Counted from the stretch's first letter, positions 7,939 to 18,178 are shown. The stretch: 64,000 bases of DNA from Thermodesulfobacteriota bacterium (GCA_965216785.1 OZ244197.1:2720001-2784000), one strand, 5' to 3'. Notes: generated by a model not told the origin, from the letters alone. Translations and numbers: made by a program.

Positions 7939-10257
7939 CTATTGCTGGCCGCTAGGTATTGTCCATTGCTTCAAACTGTTCCAGATAGAATCTGTAATAT
8001 CCTCGGGATAAAATCCTAAACATTTTTTGTATAATGATGGTGTATCAAATAAAGAGTATGTGTTCTTAGCGCACGTTAGGCCGTAAAAACCGCTCGGCTT
8101 CTGATTATAGAGCACAGTCCCGATTAATTTACGGTCCGGGTTTTGGCTTGCGTTGTACCCGCTGGTTATCGCTGAAAGGCTCGCGTTAAAATACTCTAGC
8201 TGCGTTGCGCCGTTGGAGTTATTGTAGCGCTGACATTGTGACAGATAATAATTCACCGGGTCCTGCCCGCCCGGCGGAGCTGTAAGGAACTGCTTCAGTA
8301 TAGTTACGGGCAGGCTGCTCATGCTGCAGCTCACAGGTTTTTCACTTAGCCCCGGGTCAATCCCTTTCGGGAAATTCGTATTATAGACATTTAAATGCTC
8401 CCAAAGGGTAGTAGTAGCCGCAGCGGGTGTTACGAATAAAACAGGTATATCTTTTCCGAATCCTCCGAAATAAGCCTGAACCGCATGATCCGACGTGTAA
8501 GTTTGATAGGCACTTACAGTAAGCGGCTCATACGGTGTCGATGGGTTCAGCCCGTAATCATATAAGGCAGTCAGTGCGATAATATTATTATATTTTGCGC
8601 TGATCGGGCTAAGCTGCTGGAGCTTCGGATCAAAGATTGCGACATATTTACCCTTGGCCGAAAGCTGCTTCGCAAGCTCCCCGATAAACACTGTTGTTGC
8701 GTTTTCAGACAATGTCGGGCTTTCCAAATCAAACGCGACGCCTCCTGCATTGGGGTCGTTGTTGATCGTATCCGCAATATCGTCTGCAAGCTTCATTAAT
8801 GTATCTGAGCTCGCGCTGTTTATTTCCCCGGCATCTCCGTTTATCATCGGCAACACAATCACGTTCAGACCGTTTGCGGCTTGATTTTTATAAACGCTTG
8901 TTACACTTGTTCCGGGCAAGCAACTCCCAAGCTCAGGCATGCTCAGTACTGACTCTTTAATAAGAGGAAGTGATAAATAATTCAGCACATAATCAAGCGG
9001 CGAGCTTCCGTCGCACTCTGTGTGAGCGGGGCTCAGGCTGCCGGAAGGAAGATTAGTTATGCTCGCAAAATCGGCAATTACATAGAAATTCTCTCCGCTA
9101 CCACCGTAGTTCGATGCCAGTGTCTGAAGCAGTGCCGAAGAGCACGAAGCACCTCCGCTCGCGCAGGTGATGTCCTGCGCAACATCGTCAACAATAACGC
9201 CGTTTCCAAGTGGTATCGCGTTTGTCACGTTCGCCGCAAGGAATGAGGTAACGTCCTGAGCGCTTGCGTCAAGAGTCCCCGTGTCGTGCTGTCCGCCCTG
9301 GGTAATAGATACTTCATGCGGCACGCCCGCGCTGCTTAAAGCGTTTTGCATATCGAGCGTTTGCTGCCAGGGTACGACACAGTCAGACGTCCCGCTCGCG
9401 AGATACATAGGCGGGTCAGCGGCGTCTATGTGCGAGAGAGGGCTTGCATCCGCAAGCTCCATCTGATTACACCCCGATATAGGGTCCTCTGATAATTCTC
9501 CCCCCGGCATAGGGCAGTCCAGTAGGGACAATACGGGCGTAGGGTCATACCCTGTCCCGCAGTTCCCGGAGACCGAAATCTCATCCCCGTGCGCCGCTAT
9601 TTTGTTTAAGTTATAAGGACCGTAAAAAAGTACCGCCCCCGCGACAGAGCTCGAAACACCCGGGTTTGCACCACCTTCAAGCCCCTCCACTCCGCTTGAC
9701 GCTGCGATCATAGCCGCAAGGTGCGCTCCCGCCGATTCCCCGCCGACAATTATCAGATCGGGGTCTATACCAAGCTCCTCGGCGTTTATTTTAAGCCATC
9801 TAATGGCTGATTTAACTTCATGAATTATCCCCGGCCACGGCTCTGCATCCATACCGGAAAGCCTGTATCCGACAGATACGAGATGAAAACCCGCCTCCTC
9901 GGCAATGTCAAAAGCGATCGGCGCTATATCCTCTTTTTGCCCCGCGACCCATCCGCCTCCGTGAAACCAAACAAGAACCGGTCTTGGGGACGTTTCAGTT
10001 TCTCTGGAAATCCTTGAGGTACTCACGGGCTCGAGTCCTTCAAATTTATAGAAATCGAGCATCTGCCGCGCTGTACCGCCGACTACGTAAGAATAAGTCT
10101 TAGGCATCTCTGATAGAGTCCCGCCTGTCCCAGTAAGTCCTCCGCCCGTATTATTATTGCCTGAATGCTCTGAATCACAGCCGATTGTCGAGGCCGCGAC
10201 GAAAATACTTAAAACCAGCAATATGAGTAAAGTGTTGGATGCACTAGTCTGTCTAAT
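7939..10257 (-). CDS. Lipoprotein: HSL-like alpha/beta hydrolase fused to a GH18-like domain
   Basis: HGGGW, GESAG, SDCVV, GGQH catalytic motifs; C-terminal half has GVAFDLE and LYDY. Start is TTG 10221 or in-frame ATT 10257 behind GGAGG. Confidence 0.75.
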   Translation of the reverse strand: MRQTSASNTLLILLVLSIFVAASTIGCDSEHSGNNNTGGGLTGTGGTLSEMPKTYSYVVGGTARQMLDFYKFEGLEPVSTSRISRETETSPRPVLVWFHGGGWVAGQKEDIAPIAFDIAEEAGFHLVSVGYRLSGMDAEPWPGIIHEVKSAIRWLKINAEELGIDPDLIIVGGESAGAHLAAMIAASSGVEGLEGGANPGVSSSVAGAVLFYGPYNLNKIAAHGDEISVSGNCGTGYDPTPVLSLLDCPMPGGELSEDPISGCNQMELADASPLSHIDAADPPMYLASGTSDCVVPWQQTLDMQNALSSAGVPHEVSITQGGQHDTGTLDASAQDVTSFLAANVTNAIPLGNGVIVDDVAQDITCASGGASCSSALLQTLASNYGGSGENFYVIADFASITNLPSGSLSPAHTECDGSSPLDYVLNYLSLPLIKESVLSMPELGSCLPGTSVTSVYKNQAANGLNVIVLPMINGDAGEINSASSDTLMKLADDIADTINNDPNAGGVAFDLESPTLSENATTVFIGELAKQLSAKGKYVAIFDPKLQQLSPISAKYNNIIALTALYDYGLNPSTPYEPLTVSAYQTYTSDHAVQAYFGGFGKDIPVLFVTPAAATTTLWEHLNVYNTNFPKGIDPGLSEKPVSCSMSSLPVTILKQFLTAPPGGQDPVNYYLSQCQRYNNSNGATQLEYFNASLSAITSGYNASQNPDRKLIGTVLYNQKPSGFYGLTCAKNTYSLFDTPSLYKKCLGFYPEDITDSIWNSLKQWTIPSGQQ

Positions 10258-10415
10258 TGTTTTATCCTCCTTCAGGCTCTAATTTTAGAGCCGTTAAATT
10301 AATTATACGGCTAACTTTCTAGGAGGGATATAGAAAATATTATTGCCTTCTGTTATTATGAGAGCGCCGGGATCTCTGAATAAAGTCTTTACGATTCACT
10401 CGGGAAATTAATAAG

Positions 10416-10745
10416 ATGGCATACGACGAAAAACTGGCGGAGAGGTTAAGCAAAGCGTTCAGGAGACGCAAGGGAGCTGCCGAAAAAAAGATGTTTGGCG
10501 GTATCGCCTACATGGTAGACGGCCACATGTGCTGCGGGGTTATAAAAGACATGCTCGTAGTGCGGGTCGGCCCCGACGCCTATGAAAAAGCGCTTGAAGT
10601 AAAGCATACAAGACCCATGGACTTTACCGGCAGGCCCATGAAAGGATACGTTTACGTCGAGGCTAAAGGCATAAAGTCCGATGAGAATTTAAAATCCTGG
10701 ATAGAGCGCGGGATAAAATTCGTAAATACACTACCGCCGAAATAA
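10416..10745 (+). CDS. TfoX/Sxy N-terminal domain protein
   Basis: MAYDEKLAER..KKMFGG..PMDFTGRPMKGYVYV. Confidence 0.9.
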   Translation: MAYDEKLAERLSKAFRRRKGAAEKKMFGGIAYMVDGHMCCGVIKDMLVVRVGPDAYEKALEVKHTRPMDFTGRPMKGYVYVEAKGIKSDENLKSWIERGIKFVNTLPPK

Positions 10746-10747
10746 GA

Positions 10748-11251
10748 CTACTCGGCTTTAAGCACTACAACCGGAATTTCCCTCTCTCCGGCTCTCCCTT
10801 TATAAGTGTCGTAACCCGTATAAAGCTCAACCGCTTTGGCCCACAGCCTATCCCGCTCTTCCCCTTTGGCTTCGTGAGCTGTATAGGTAACAGACTTGCC
10901 GTCGAGCAGCACCTCAACCTCTGGGTTAGCGGTCAGGTTCAGATACCATGCCGGGTGTTTTGCGTTTCCGCCTTTAGAGGCGATCAGTATTATGTCATCC
11001 CCGTCCTGGTAATAGAGAAGAGAGACTGTGCGGGGCTTTCCTGTTTTAGCACCTTTTGTGGTTAACAGCAGGCACGGCCAGGCGAGCGTTGAGTTGTATT
11101 TTCCTCCTGTCGCCTTTATTAGCCAGAGGTCAATTTTTGTACCCAGATTGATAATCGTCCAGGCGCCGGCCCTGCTAGAGCCAAACCACGTCAGGAACCG
11201 CACCAACAAACTGTCTTGATCCACTTTTCCGCTCACCGGATGCCACCTCAT
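10748..11251 (-). CDS. Deazaflavin (F420)-dependent nitroreductase family protein (Ddn-like)
   Basis: LLLTTKGAKTGKPR..ASKGG..HPAWYLNL..REIPVVVL. Confidence 0.9.
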   Translation of the reverse strand: MRWHPVSGKVDQDSLLVRFLTWFGSSRAGAWTIINLGTKIDLWLIKATGGKYNSTLAWPCLLLTTKGAKTGKPRTVSLLYYQDGDDIILIASKGGNAKHPAWYLNLTANPEVEVLLDGKSVTYTAHEAKGEERDRLWAKAVELYTGYDTYKGRAGEREIPVVVLKAE

Positions 11252-11375
11252 AGTTTTAATTGATACTACATCAAAAAACCGATAATTTATATTGCTGTTC
11301 AGAGTGAACAGACCAGAAATAATATTAAGCCCCGGACTGTTTGATGCGCACTATCTATTCTCATTAAGATAAATT

Positions 11376-11906
11376 ATGAATACTCACATAGCTACATACA
11401 TGCGAAGCAGATTTACATTAACACTCATTTTGGCCCTTATCGTCTCGCTCAGCGCGTCATGCGCCAACATGGGCAGATGGACACAGACCATTGATCCCGA
11501 AGAGGTAAGTAAGGAAGACCTAAAGGACATCCCTTACGAGGTTACGCCAGAATATAAGTTCAAGGTCAGCGTCGCCAAAAATGTTCCTTCGAACAAAAAG
11601 AATATTCTTTTAAATATCGACAAGCAGTTCACGCAATTCAGCCGCTGTTACGACTTAAAAGACAACGGTAAAGAGGCAAGGAAATATCTCATAGCCGTAG
11701 TAGACGGCACTTTCGAGTGCAGGTTCCACGGCGGGAAGTGTAACGGCGAGTTTGACCCTGAGGCCGGGCTAATTATCGCGAGCTTTAAGGCTTTTAACAG
11801 AAAAGGCACCCTACCGCTCCTAAAGCACGAGTGGGCTCATGCATACGGGATCCTAAGCTCAGACCATAAGAACCTAAAATCGGTTCAAAAATGTACCAGG
11901 TACTGA
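11376..11906 (+). CDS. Lipoprotein with HExxH motif (putative zinc metallopeptidase)
   Basis: Lipobox SASC; LLKHEWAH; start may be the second Met. Confidence 0.7.
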   Translation: MNTHIATYMRSRFTLTLILALIVSLSASCANMGRWTQTIDPEEVSKEDLKDIPYEVTPEYKFKVSVAKNVPSNKKNILLNIDKQFTQFSRCYDLKDNGKEARKYLIAVVDGTFECRFHGGKCNGEFDPEAGLIIASFKAFNRKGTLPLLKHEWAHAYGILSSDHKNLKSVQKCTRY

Positions 11907-11935
11907 TCTCCCCTCATCCCGATTCCACAAAGACT

Positions 11936-12604
11936 CTATTGTTCTTTATAGCTCGAATAATCTGGCGTTCTATAGCGGTCGTCGTAATTGGTGGGCTTAC
12001 TATAATCCCCGTCAAGAAACATCTGCTTGGCCGGATCTTGTGCTTTATCCCCTCTTTTCTGGTCAAGCTCTTTTTCAAACTTTGCCTGGTTGATCGGCTG
12101 ATAAGTATAGTTGACCTTGACTACATTGTTTTTGGTATTTGTGTGCAGCACGAGCTTTACCTTCGGCAAGTGCCAGGTCCAGGTTTTAAAGTACATCATC
12201 TCATCCGTCTCAGACGGAGCGCCGTAGCGGTCATTAAAATACTCCGAGAATGCCTCTTCGATCCACTCTTCAGTCGGAGAGTCTTCCGCGTTAAATACGA
12301 GCGATGAAGAAAGGAGTTTTTTCTTGTAAAACTCTAGACCTGTATTCACATCGAGACCATTTGGGTTTACAGGAAGGTCAACTATAACTCCCTGCATTAT
12401 TATCGTTCTAATTTTTTTCGAATCGACCTTGTCTTCTATTATCCTTTTGCCCTTTGCGTTTATAACCTTTTTGGCATCTTTATTAGAAATTCCGAACTGA
12501 AAACCAAGCGGCGCGAGATCAGCCGTCTCTTCCTGTGCCTCGGCAAAAGACACCGAAACCATAAGTATTAAGATTATCGCTACAGTTTTTTTCAATATAT
12601 TCAT
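11936..12604 (-). CDS. Hypothetical secreted protein
   Basis: Signal peptide (AEA), purine-rich RBS, 222 aa ORF. Confidence 0.75.
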   Translation of the reverse strand: MNILKKTVAIILILMVSVSFAEAQEETADLAPLGFQFGISNKDAKKVINAKGKRIIEDKVDSKKIRTIIMQGVIVDLPVNPNGLDVNTGLEFYKKKLLSSSLVFNAEDSPTEEWIEEAFSEYFNDRYGAPSETDEMMYFKTWTWHLPKVKLVLHTNTKNNVVKVNYTYQPINQAKFEKELDQKRGDKAQDPAKQMFLDGDYSKPTNYDDRYRTPDYSSYKEQ

Positions 12605-12704
12605 ATTTAAATCCCCCCATGATATTTATTTCACTCAGCCGTTTACCGACATCTAATCAATAACAGTATAAAAATGTATTAAAAACGCAGGATAAATCAA
12701 GTGC

Positions 12705-14291
12705 CTATTTAAGCCAGAGCCGCTCGAACACATAACTCATCACTATAATCGCTATAAAGTAGATCACTAAGAACACATAGCGGCCCGTCCATTTTATCTT
12801 AGGCTTTAGTTCGTCCTTCTTGTAAGTTTCAACCATGCCTCTTTGCGGGAACACCAGACTCCACAAATTCCCGACAGCAATTGCGCTAAGACAGCCGGTA
12901 ACGTTCCACCAGAGCCATGAAACCCCCGGGAACCATATCCATAATATGAAATTTACACTCACTCCCGACAGCACTCCGAGCTTTACCCCCGTAGCACTTG
13001 TCCTCTTAAACAATATCCCGAGCACAAACGCGGCCAGCACGGGACCGTAGAATAAAGAGCCCACTTTGTTAATCGCCTCTATCACAGTGTCCGAAATGCT
13101 GCCCACCAAAAACGCGAAACCCGTGCATACGATACCCCAGAAGACCGTGAGTATTTTTGACCATATGAAATAATGCCTGTCCTCCGCCTCGGGTTTTATA
13201 AACCTCTTATAAATATCTGTCATCGTAGCCGCGCTGAGCGAGTTTATAGACGAGTCCAGGCTCGACATAAAAGCCGCGAGCAGAGCTACCACAATAAACC
13301 CTATTAGCCCGTGCGGAAGGTAATTTAGGACAAATATTGGCACCATGTAGTCGACCTTGTCCTTAGGAATCAAGTCCATAAACTCCTGGTTCTGAAAAGC
13401 GAAGGCGCCAATAATGAGACCCATTGAAAGATAAGACACAACGAGTATTACGCGCACAACGCCGTTAAACATAAGAGACTTCTTCGCGTCATCCTCGGAT
13501 TTTGCGGACAGCTCCCTCTGTATCTGGCTCTGGTCGCACCCATAGTAGGACACGTACAGAAAGAAGCCGCCGAACAGTAGCGCCCAAAAGCTAAAGTCCT
13601 CACCGTCCCCAAAACCGTGCTTATTAAAATTCAGTATCTTAAGACGCTCGACTTCGATGCCTGAAACCAAACCGTCCCAGCCTCCGAGCAAATCATAAGC
13701 GGTTAGGCCGACTATAAATATCCCGACAGTCAACACGCCCATCTGCACAAGATCGCTGTACACAACCGCCCTGATTCCCCCCCAAACGTCATATACTATT
13801 GTGACAGTTCCTATTATGACTATTGTCGGGAAGAGCGGCACATCAAGAATTGCCGAGAGAACTATCCCGATTGCGTATATAGCCACTCCTGTCGCAAGAG
13901 CGCGGCTAATTTGAAATATCAGGCTCACTATCGAGCGCGTGGAGGCGTCAAAACGTTTCTCCAGATATTCATATACGCTAACAACCCGGGCCCTGTGGAT
14001 GACAGGGAGGATGAAGATCATAACAAACACCATGGCAACGGGAATGGCAAATTCAAACCCTAGCCACTTGAGACCTCCCTCCGGCTTAAGGGCTACAAAG
14101 GCTGGGGCAGAGATGAAGCTGATCGCGCCCAGCTGAGTCGCCATTGTGGAAACCCCGATTACCCACCAGGGGATATTCCGGCCCCCCAGATAGTAGTCTT
14201 CCACACTATCCTGCTTCTTACTCAAGTGCCAGCTGAATATTATCAGGCACGCTCCGTAAACTACGACTACTGTCCAATCCAGATAATTCAT
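12705..14291 (-). CDS. Sodium:solute symporter (SSS family)
   Basis: YYLGGRNIPWW, YEYLEKRF, GGIRAVVYSD, AAFMSSLDS; many TM helices. Confidence 0.93.
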   Translation of the reverse strand: MNYLDWTVVVVYGACLIIFSWHLSKKQDSVEDYYLGGRNIPWWVIGVSTMATQLGAISFISAPAFVALKPEGGLKWLGFEFAIPVAMVFVMIFILPVIHRARVVSVYEYLEKRFDASTRSIVSLIFQISRALATGVAIYAIGIVLSAILDVPLFPTIVIIGTVTIVYDVWGGIRAVVYSDLVQMGVLTVGIFIVGLTAYDLLGGWDGLVSGIEVERLKILNFNKHGFGDGEDFSFWALLFGGFFLYVSYYGCDQSQIQRELSAKSEDDAKKSLMFNGVVRVILVVSYLSMGLIIGAFAFQNQEFMDLIPKDKVDYMVPIFVLNYLPHGLIGFIVVALLAAFMSSLDSSINSLSAATMTDIYKRFIKPEAEDRHYFIWSKILTVFWGIVCTGFAFLVGSISDTVIEAINKVGSLFYGPVLAAFVLGILFKRTSATGVKLGVLSGVSVNFILWIWFPGVSWLWWNVTGCLSAIAVGNLWSLVFPQRGMVETYKKDELKPKIKWTGRYVFLVIYFIAIIVMSYVFERLWLK

Positions 14292-14410
14292 AATTTTTAT
14301 AGAAAAACTTAAATAATGCTCATGTTTTGAGGCAAACGTAGCGCTTGTACTAGAGTGCGCTCTAGAATAATATATACCCCCAAGGGATAATTCAAAAAGG
14401 GATAAATAAT

Positions 14411-14872
14411 ATGAAAACCTTAATCGGAGTCATAGGCGCGGGAGATGCAAGTGAACAAGAGCGCGAAACCGCACAAAGTGTAGGAAGAGAAATCGCTAAA
14501 AGGGGCTTCACGCTCGTATGCGGGGCAATGGGCGGCGTCATGGAGGCCGCCTGCCGGGGCGCTAAAGCAGAAGGGGGGCTCACTGTCGGCATTGTCCCGG
14601 GCGAATCAAAGGGCGAATGCAACCCCTACGTAGACATCCCCGTGGTAACCGCCATGGGCCATGCCCGAAACGTAATTGTGGTTCGCTCCAGCTCTGCCGT
14701 TATTGCAATAGGCGGCAGCTTCGGTACATTATCTGAAATAGCCTTTGCACTTAGATTGGATATACCAATCATTGGAATAAATACCTGGGATGTATCAACG
14801 GAGATTAAAAAAGCTGAAACTCCCAAAGAGGCCGTGGATATGGCTATTGAGCTTATTGGTGCTAGCACTTAG
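14411..14872 (+). CDS. TIGR00725 family protein (LOG/DprA-like Rossmann fold)
   Basis: IGVIGAG, GGVMEAAC, ARNVIVV, GGSFGTLSEIAFA. Confidence 0.9.
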   Translation: MKTLIGVIGAGDASEQERETAQSVGREIAKRGFTLVCGAMGGVMEAACRGAKAEGGLTVGIVPGESKGECNPYVDIPVVTAMGHARNVIVVRSSSAVIAIGGSFGTLSEIAFALRLDIPIIGINTWDVSTEIKKAETPKEAVDMAIELIGAST

Positions 14873-15518
14873 CGGCGCGTGCGGTAAAAAAGCGCCGCCA
14901 CCACCGCCGACACCGTCTATTCCCAGTGCCGACGCAAAAAAGTTAGAAGATTGTCTCAGGGGAGGCATCAGTGTCCAGAGGGGTACCAGATACCACACAC
15001 TGGGCCAGGGTGAGACGCTCTACAGAGTTTCCCGGATGTACGGCGTAGGTGTGAGCGAGCTCATCGAGGTCAATAGCATTACGGACCACACGGACATAGA
15101 CACAGGCACAAGGCTCATAGTACCCGGAGCGGTAATAACCCAGGGCATAGTGTGGCCGCTCAGGGGAAAGCTCTCGTCGAGCTTCGGCCCGCGAGGGAAA
15201 AGATATCACTGGGGAATAGACATACCTGCTCCCCGCGGTACCCCGATAAGAGCAGCAGGGGACGGGCTTGTACTCGTAAGCGCGAACAACCTTAAGGGAT
15301 ACTCGGGGTACGGACGGTTAATTATAATTGAGCACGGAAACGGAATCAGGACGCTCTATGCGCACAACAGTAAAAACAGAGTTAAGGGCGGAACATGCAT
15401 CAGAGCAGGTGAAATAATTGGAGAGGTAGGCTCTACAGGACGCTCTACCGGTAACCACCTTCACTTTGAGGTCAGGCAAAACGGAAAAGCAGTAAACCCC
15501 TTAAACTACTTACCATAA
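14790..15518 (+). CDS. LysM + M23 peptidase lipoprotein (NlpD-like)
   Basis: Lipobox SGAC, LysM (GETLYRVS), HWGID, YAH, HLHFE. Confidence 0.9.
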   Translation: MYQRRLKKLKLPKRPWIWLLSLLVLALSGACGKKAPPPPPTPSIPSADAKKLEDCLRGGISVQRGTRYHTLGQGETLYRVSRMYGVGVSELIEVNSITDHTDIDTGTRLIVPGAVITQGIVWPLRGKLSSSFGPRGKRYHWGIDIPAPRGTPIRAAGDGLVLVSANNLKGYSGYGRLIIIEHGNGIRTLYAHNSKNRVKGGTCIRAGEIIGEVGSTGRSTGNHLHFEVRQNGKAVNPLNYLP

Positions 15519-15537
15519 GGAAAGAGGATTAAACCAC

Positions 15538-16059
15538 ATGACAAGGTTAAAAGATTATATAAGAGATATTCCCAATTTCCCCAAGGAAGGGATCATTTTT
15601 CACGATATTACCCCGCTTCTTCAAAACGCTAAAGCGTTTGAGAAGGCCATAGATGAGATGGCCGAGCTTCTTGACGGCCAGGACATCGACTCACTCGTGG
15701 GCATAGAGGCAAGAGGGTTTATATTCGCCTCGGCGCTTGCTATAAAGCTGGGCACAGGTCTTGTGATCATACGAAAACCCGGCAAGCTCCCCTACGTAAC
15801 CATAAATGCGGAATATAATCTTGAGTACGGCTCTGACTCGCTCGAGGTACACCGAGACGCCGTTCACGAAGGGAGCAAGGTAGTTCTTGTAGACGACCTT
15901 CTCGCTACGGGCGGCACAGGGTTTGCGGCAGCCGAGCTCATTGAGAAGCTCGGGGGCGAAGTGCTCGGTCACTGTTTTCTGGTAGAGCTCCTGGCTCTCA
16001 ACGGTAAAGAAAAGCTATCACCCCACCAGGTATGGTCAGTACTACAATACACGGCATGA
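15538..16059 (+). CDS. apt: Adenine phosphoribosyltransferase
   Basis: IPNFPKEGIIFHDIT, EARGF, RKPGKLP, VDDLLATGGT. Confidence 0.97.
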   Translation: MTRLKDYIRDIPNFPKEGIIFHDITPLLQNAKAFEKAIDEMAELLDGQDIDSLVGIEARGFIFASALAIKLGTGLVIIRKPGKLPYVTINAEYNLEYGSDSLEVHRDAVHEGSKVVLVDDLLATGGTGFAAAELIEKLGGEVLGHCFLVELLALNGKEKLSPHQVWSVLQYTA

Positions 16060-17039
16060 AGACTCTAGGTGTAATTTTAAATCCTGCTGCGAAGATAAAT
16101 AAAAAGCACACTTCCGACATAGTGGAGGGTTTCAAGCAGATCTTCGGTGATAGCGCTCTGGTGGCTTGCACGTATGACAAGTCCGAGATACCGGACGTGA
16201 TGAAAGAGTTTCATGACGAGGGTATAAAGCTCTTGCTCATCAGTGGAGGAGACGGCACCATATGCAACGTGCTTACAAGCTACATAAACCTCTTCGGTGA
16301 AGCGGGACTCCCGATCATAGTACCGCTCATGGGCGGTACGATAAACATGATTGGAGACGATGCCGGTCTCAGAAAAGATCAGTTTCAGGTCTCTGAGAGT
16401 CTTCACCACTTAATATTAAATAAGAGTCCTATACCGGTCATTAAAAGGGGTCTTGTTAAAGTAATCGATCCTCACCTGGCTGAGCCCGGCTACGGGTTTA
16501 CATGGATTGACGGGCTTTTGTACAGAGTCCTGCTCGATTATTACAATCAGGGCGCGGGTGTACAAGTCGCTTCCATGATGGCTGTGAAGCTTGTTCTTAC
16601 TTCACTTTCAAACGCTGATGATTCGGAGTTTAACGATATTGAATCCAGGGTGTTTATCGACAGCGAAAAGCTGCCCTATGAAAACCATCTATTGATAATA
16701 GCCTCCAGCCTTAAAAAGTTCGTATTCGGTTTCGATATATTTAAAGAAGAGGCTCAGCCCGGAAAAACATTTAACTCGGTCTATATGCGCTCGGAGTATC
16801 TAAAGAAAGAAAAACTTAAAATACCCCTTGGTCTTTACAGAAGTCTCGAATCAGACCCCAGCGGCAATTTTATCAACAGGTCCGTTAAAACTATGGTAGT
16901 AGAAAAAAACTCCGGGTATATAATTGATGGAGAAATTTACAACCACAGCAAAGAAGACACAATTACTCTTGAATCTGGCCCCGAGCTCAATATCTATTCA
17001 CCCAACAGTGTAAAGGAGATTCGGATTTCGCAACTTTAA
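16056..17039 (+). CDS. Diacylglycerol kinase family protein
   Basis: ILNPAA, SGGDGT, GGTIN, IIDGE; ATGA overlap with apt. Confidence 0.8.
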   Translation: MKTLGVILNPAAKINKKHTSDIVEGFKQIFGDSALVACTYDKSEIPDVMKEFHDEGIKLLLISGGDGTICNVLTSYINLFGEAGLPIIVPLMGGTINMIGDDAGLRKDQFQVSESLHHLILNKSPIPVIKRGLVKVIDPHLAEPGYGFTWIDGLLYRVLLDYYNQGAGVQVASMMAVKLVLTSLSNADDSEFNDIESRVFIDSEKLPYENHLLIIASSLKKFVFGFDIFKEEAQPGKTFNSVYMRSEYLKKEKLKIPLGLYRSLESDPSGNFINRSVKTMVVEKNSGYIIDGEIYNHSKEDTITLESGPELNIYSPNSVKEIRISQL

Positions 17040-17055
17040 GATTGAAAGGAAAAAT

Positions 17056-18150
17056 ATGGAAAGCATAAAAGTAAATTTAATTAAGACCGTAGATAACTCA
17101 TACGATATCCTGATTAAAGAGGGTGTGATCGCGGAGGTCGCTCATTATCTTAAGAACGAGAATATGGCCTATAGATTCGCAATAATTACAGACGATACAG
17201 TAGAGGCCCTGTACGGTGAGAAATTACAAAAAGATTTACTGGCCCATGGCCTCAACTCAGAGCTGATCGCGTTTCCCGCCGGAGAAAAAAATAAGAGCCG
17301 GGAAACTAAGGCCTGGATAGAAGACCGCATGCTGGAGAACAACTTTGCCCGTGACTCTGCCGTAATCGCCCTTGGGGGAGGAGTAGTCGGTGATATGGCG
17401 GGTTATGTAGCTGCCACTTACACAAGAGGAATCCCCTATATACAGATTCCAACCACTTTGGTTGCTTGCGTAGACAGCTCGATTGGCGGGAAGACTGCTG
17501 TAGATACGCCGCACGGGAAAAACCTGATCGGTTCTTTTTATCAGCCCCGGAGGGTATATATAGACGTAGCCACACTTAGCTCTCTTGACGGAAAAGAAAT
17601 AAGAGAAGGTCTCGCTGAGGTTATAAAATACGGAGTTATAAGCGATAGCTCGCTCTTTTCATACGTTGACAATAATATTGATCAAATCTTCTCTTACGAC
17701 TGTGAGGCGCTCACACACATCGTAAAAAGAGGCTGTGAGATCAAAGCCCGCGTAGTTGAGAAGGATGAGAGGGAATCTAATCTCAGAAAAATACTAAATT
17801 TCGGACACACGATCGGGCACGCTGTAGAAAACCTATCGGGTTACGCTATATCACACGGACAGGCGATCTCAATCGGAATGGTAGCGGAGGGAGTGCTTGC
17901 ATGTGAGATGGGACTATGGAAAGAAAACGAGTTAGCGAGCTTAACCGCTCTCCTGGACAAAGCCGGCCTCCCAACGAAGATGCCCGAAGAAATGGATGTT
18001 AAGAATATTATCGAGACTATGAAGCTCGATAAAAAATCACGGGGCGGCCAGATTGAAATGGTTCTGCCTAAGGCTATCGGCAGCATGTCCCAAACCCAGG
18101 ACGGCTACGCGCATAAGATAGAGGAATCCTTCATAGAAAAGGTACTATAG
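17056..18150 (+). CDS. aroB: 3-dehydroquinate synthase
   Basis: GGGVVGD, PTTL, DSSIGGKT, KNLIG, LNFGHTIGHA. Confidence 0.97.
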   Translation: MESIKVNLIKTVDNSYDILIKEGVIAEVAHYLKNENMAYRFAIITDDTVEALYGEKLQKDLLAHGLNSELIAFPAGEKNKSRETKAWIEDRMLENNFARDSAVIALGGGVVGDMAGYVAATYTRGIPYIQIPTTLVACVDSSIGGKTAVDTPHGKNLIGSFYQPRRVYIDVATLSSLDGKEIREGLAEVIKYGVISDSSLFSYVDNNIDQIFSYDCEALTHIVKRGCEIKARVVEKDERESNLRKILNFGHTIGHAVENLSGYAISHGQAISIGMVAEGVLACEMGLWKENELASLTALLDKAGLPTKMPEEMDVKNIIETMKLDKKSRGGQIEMVLPKAIGSMSQTQDGYAHKIEESFIEKVL

Positions 18151-18178
18151 CCCTCTTGTTCATTAACTCCTCATAAAT

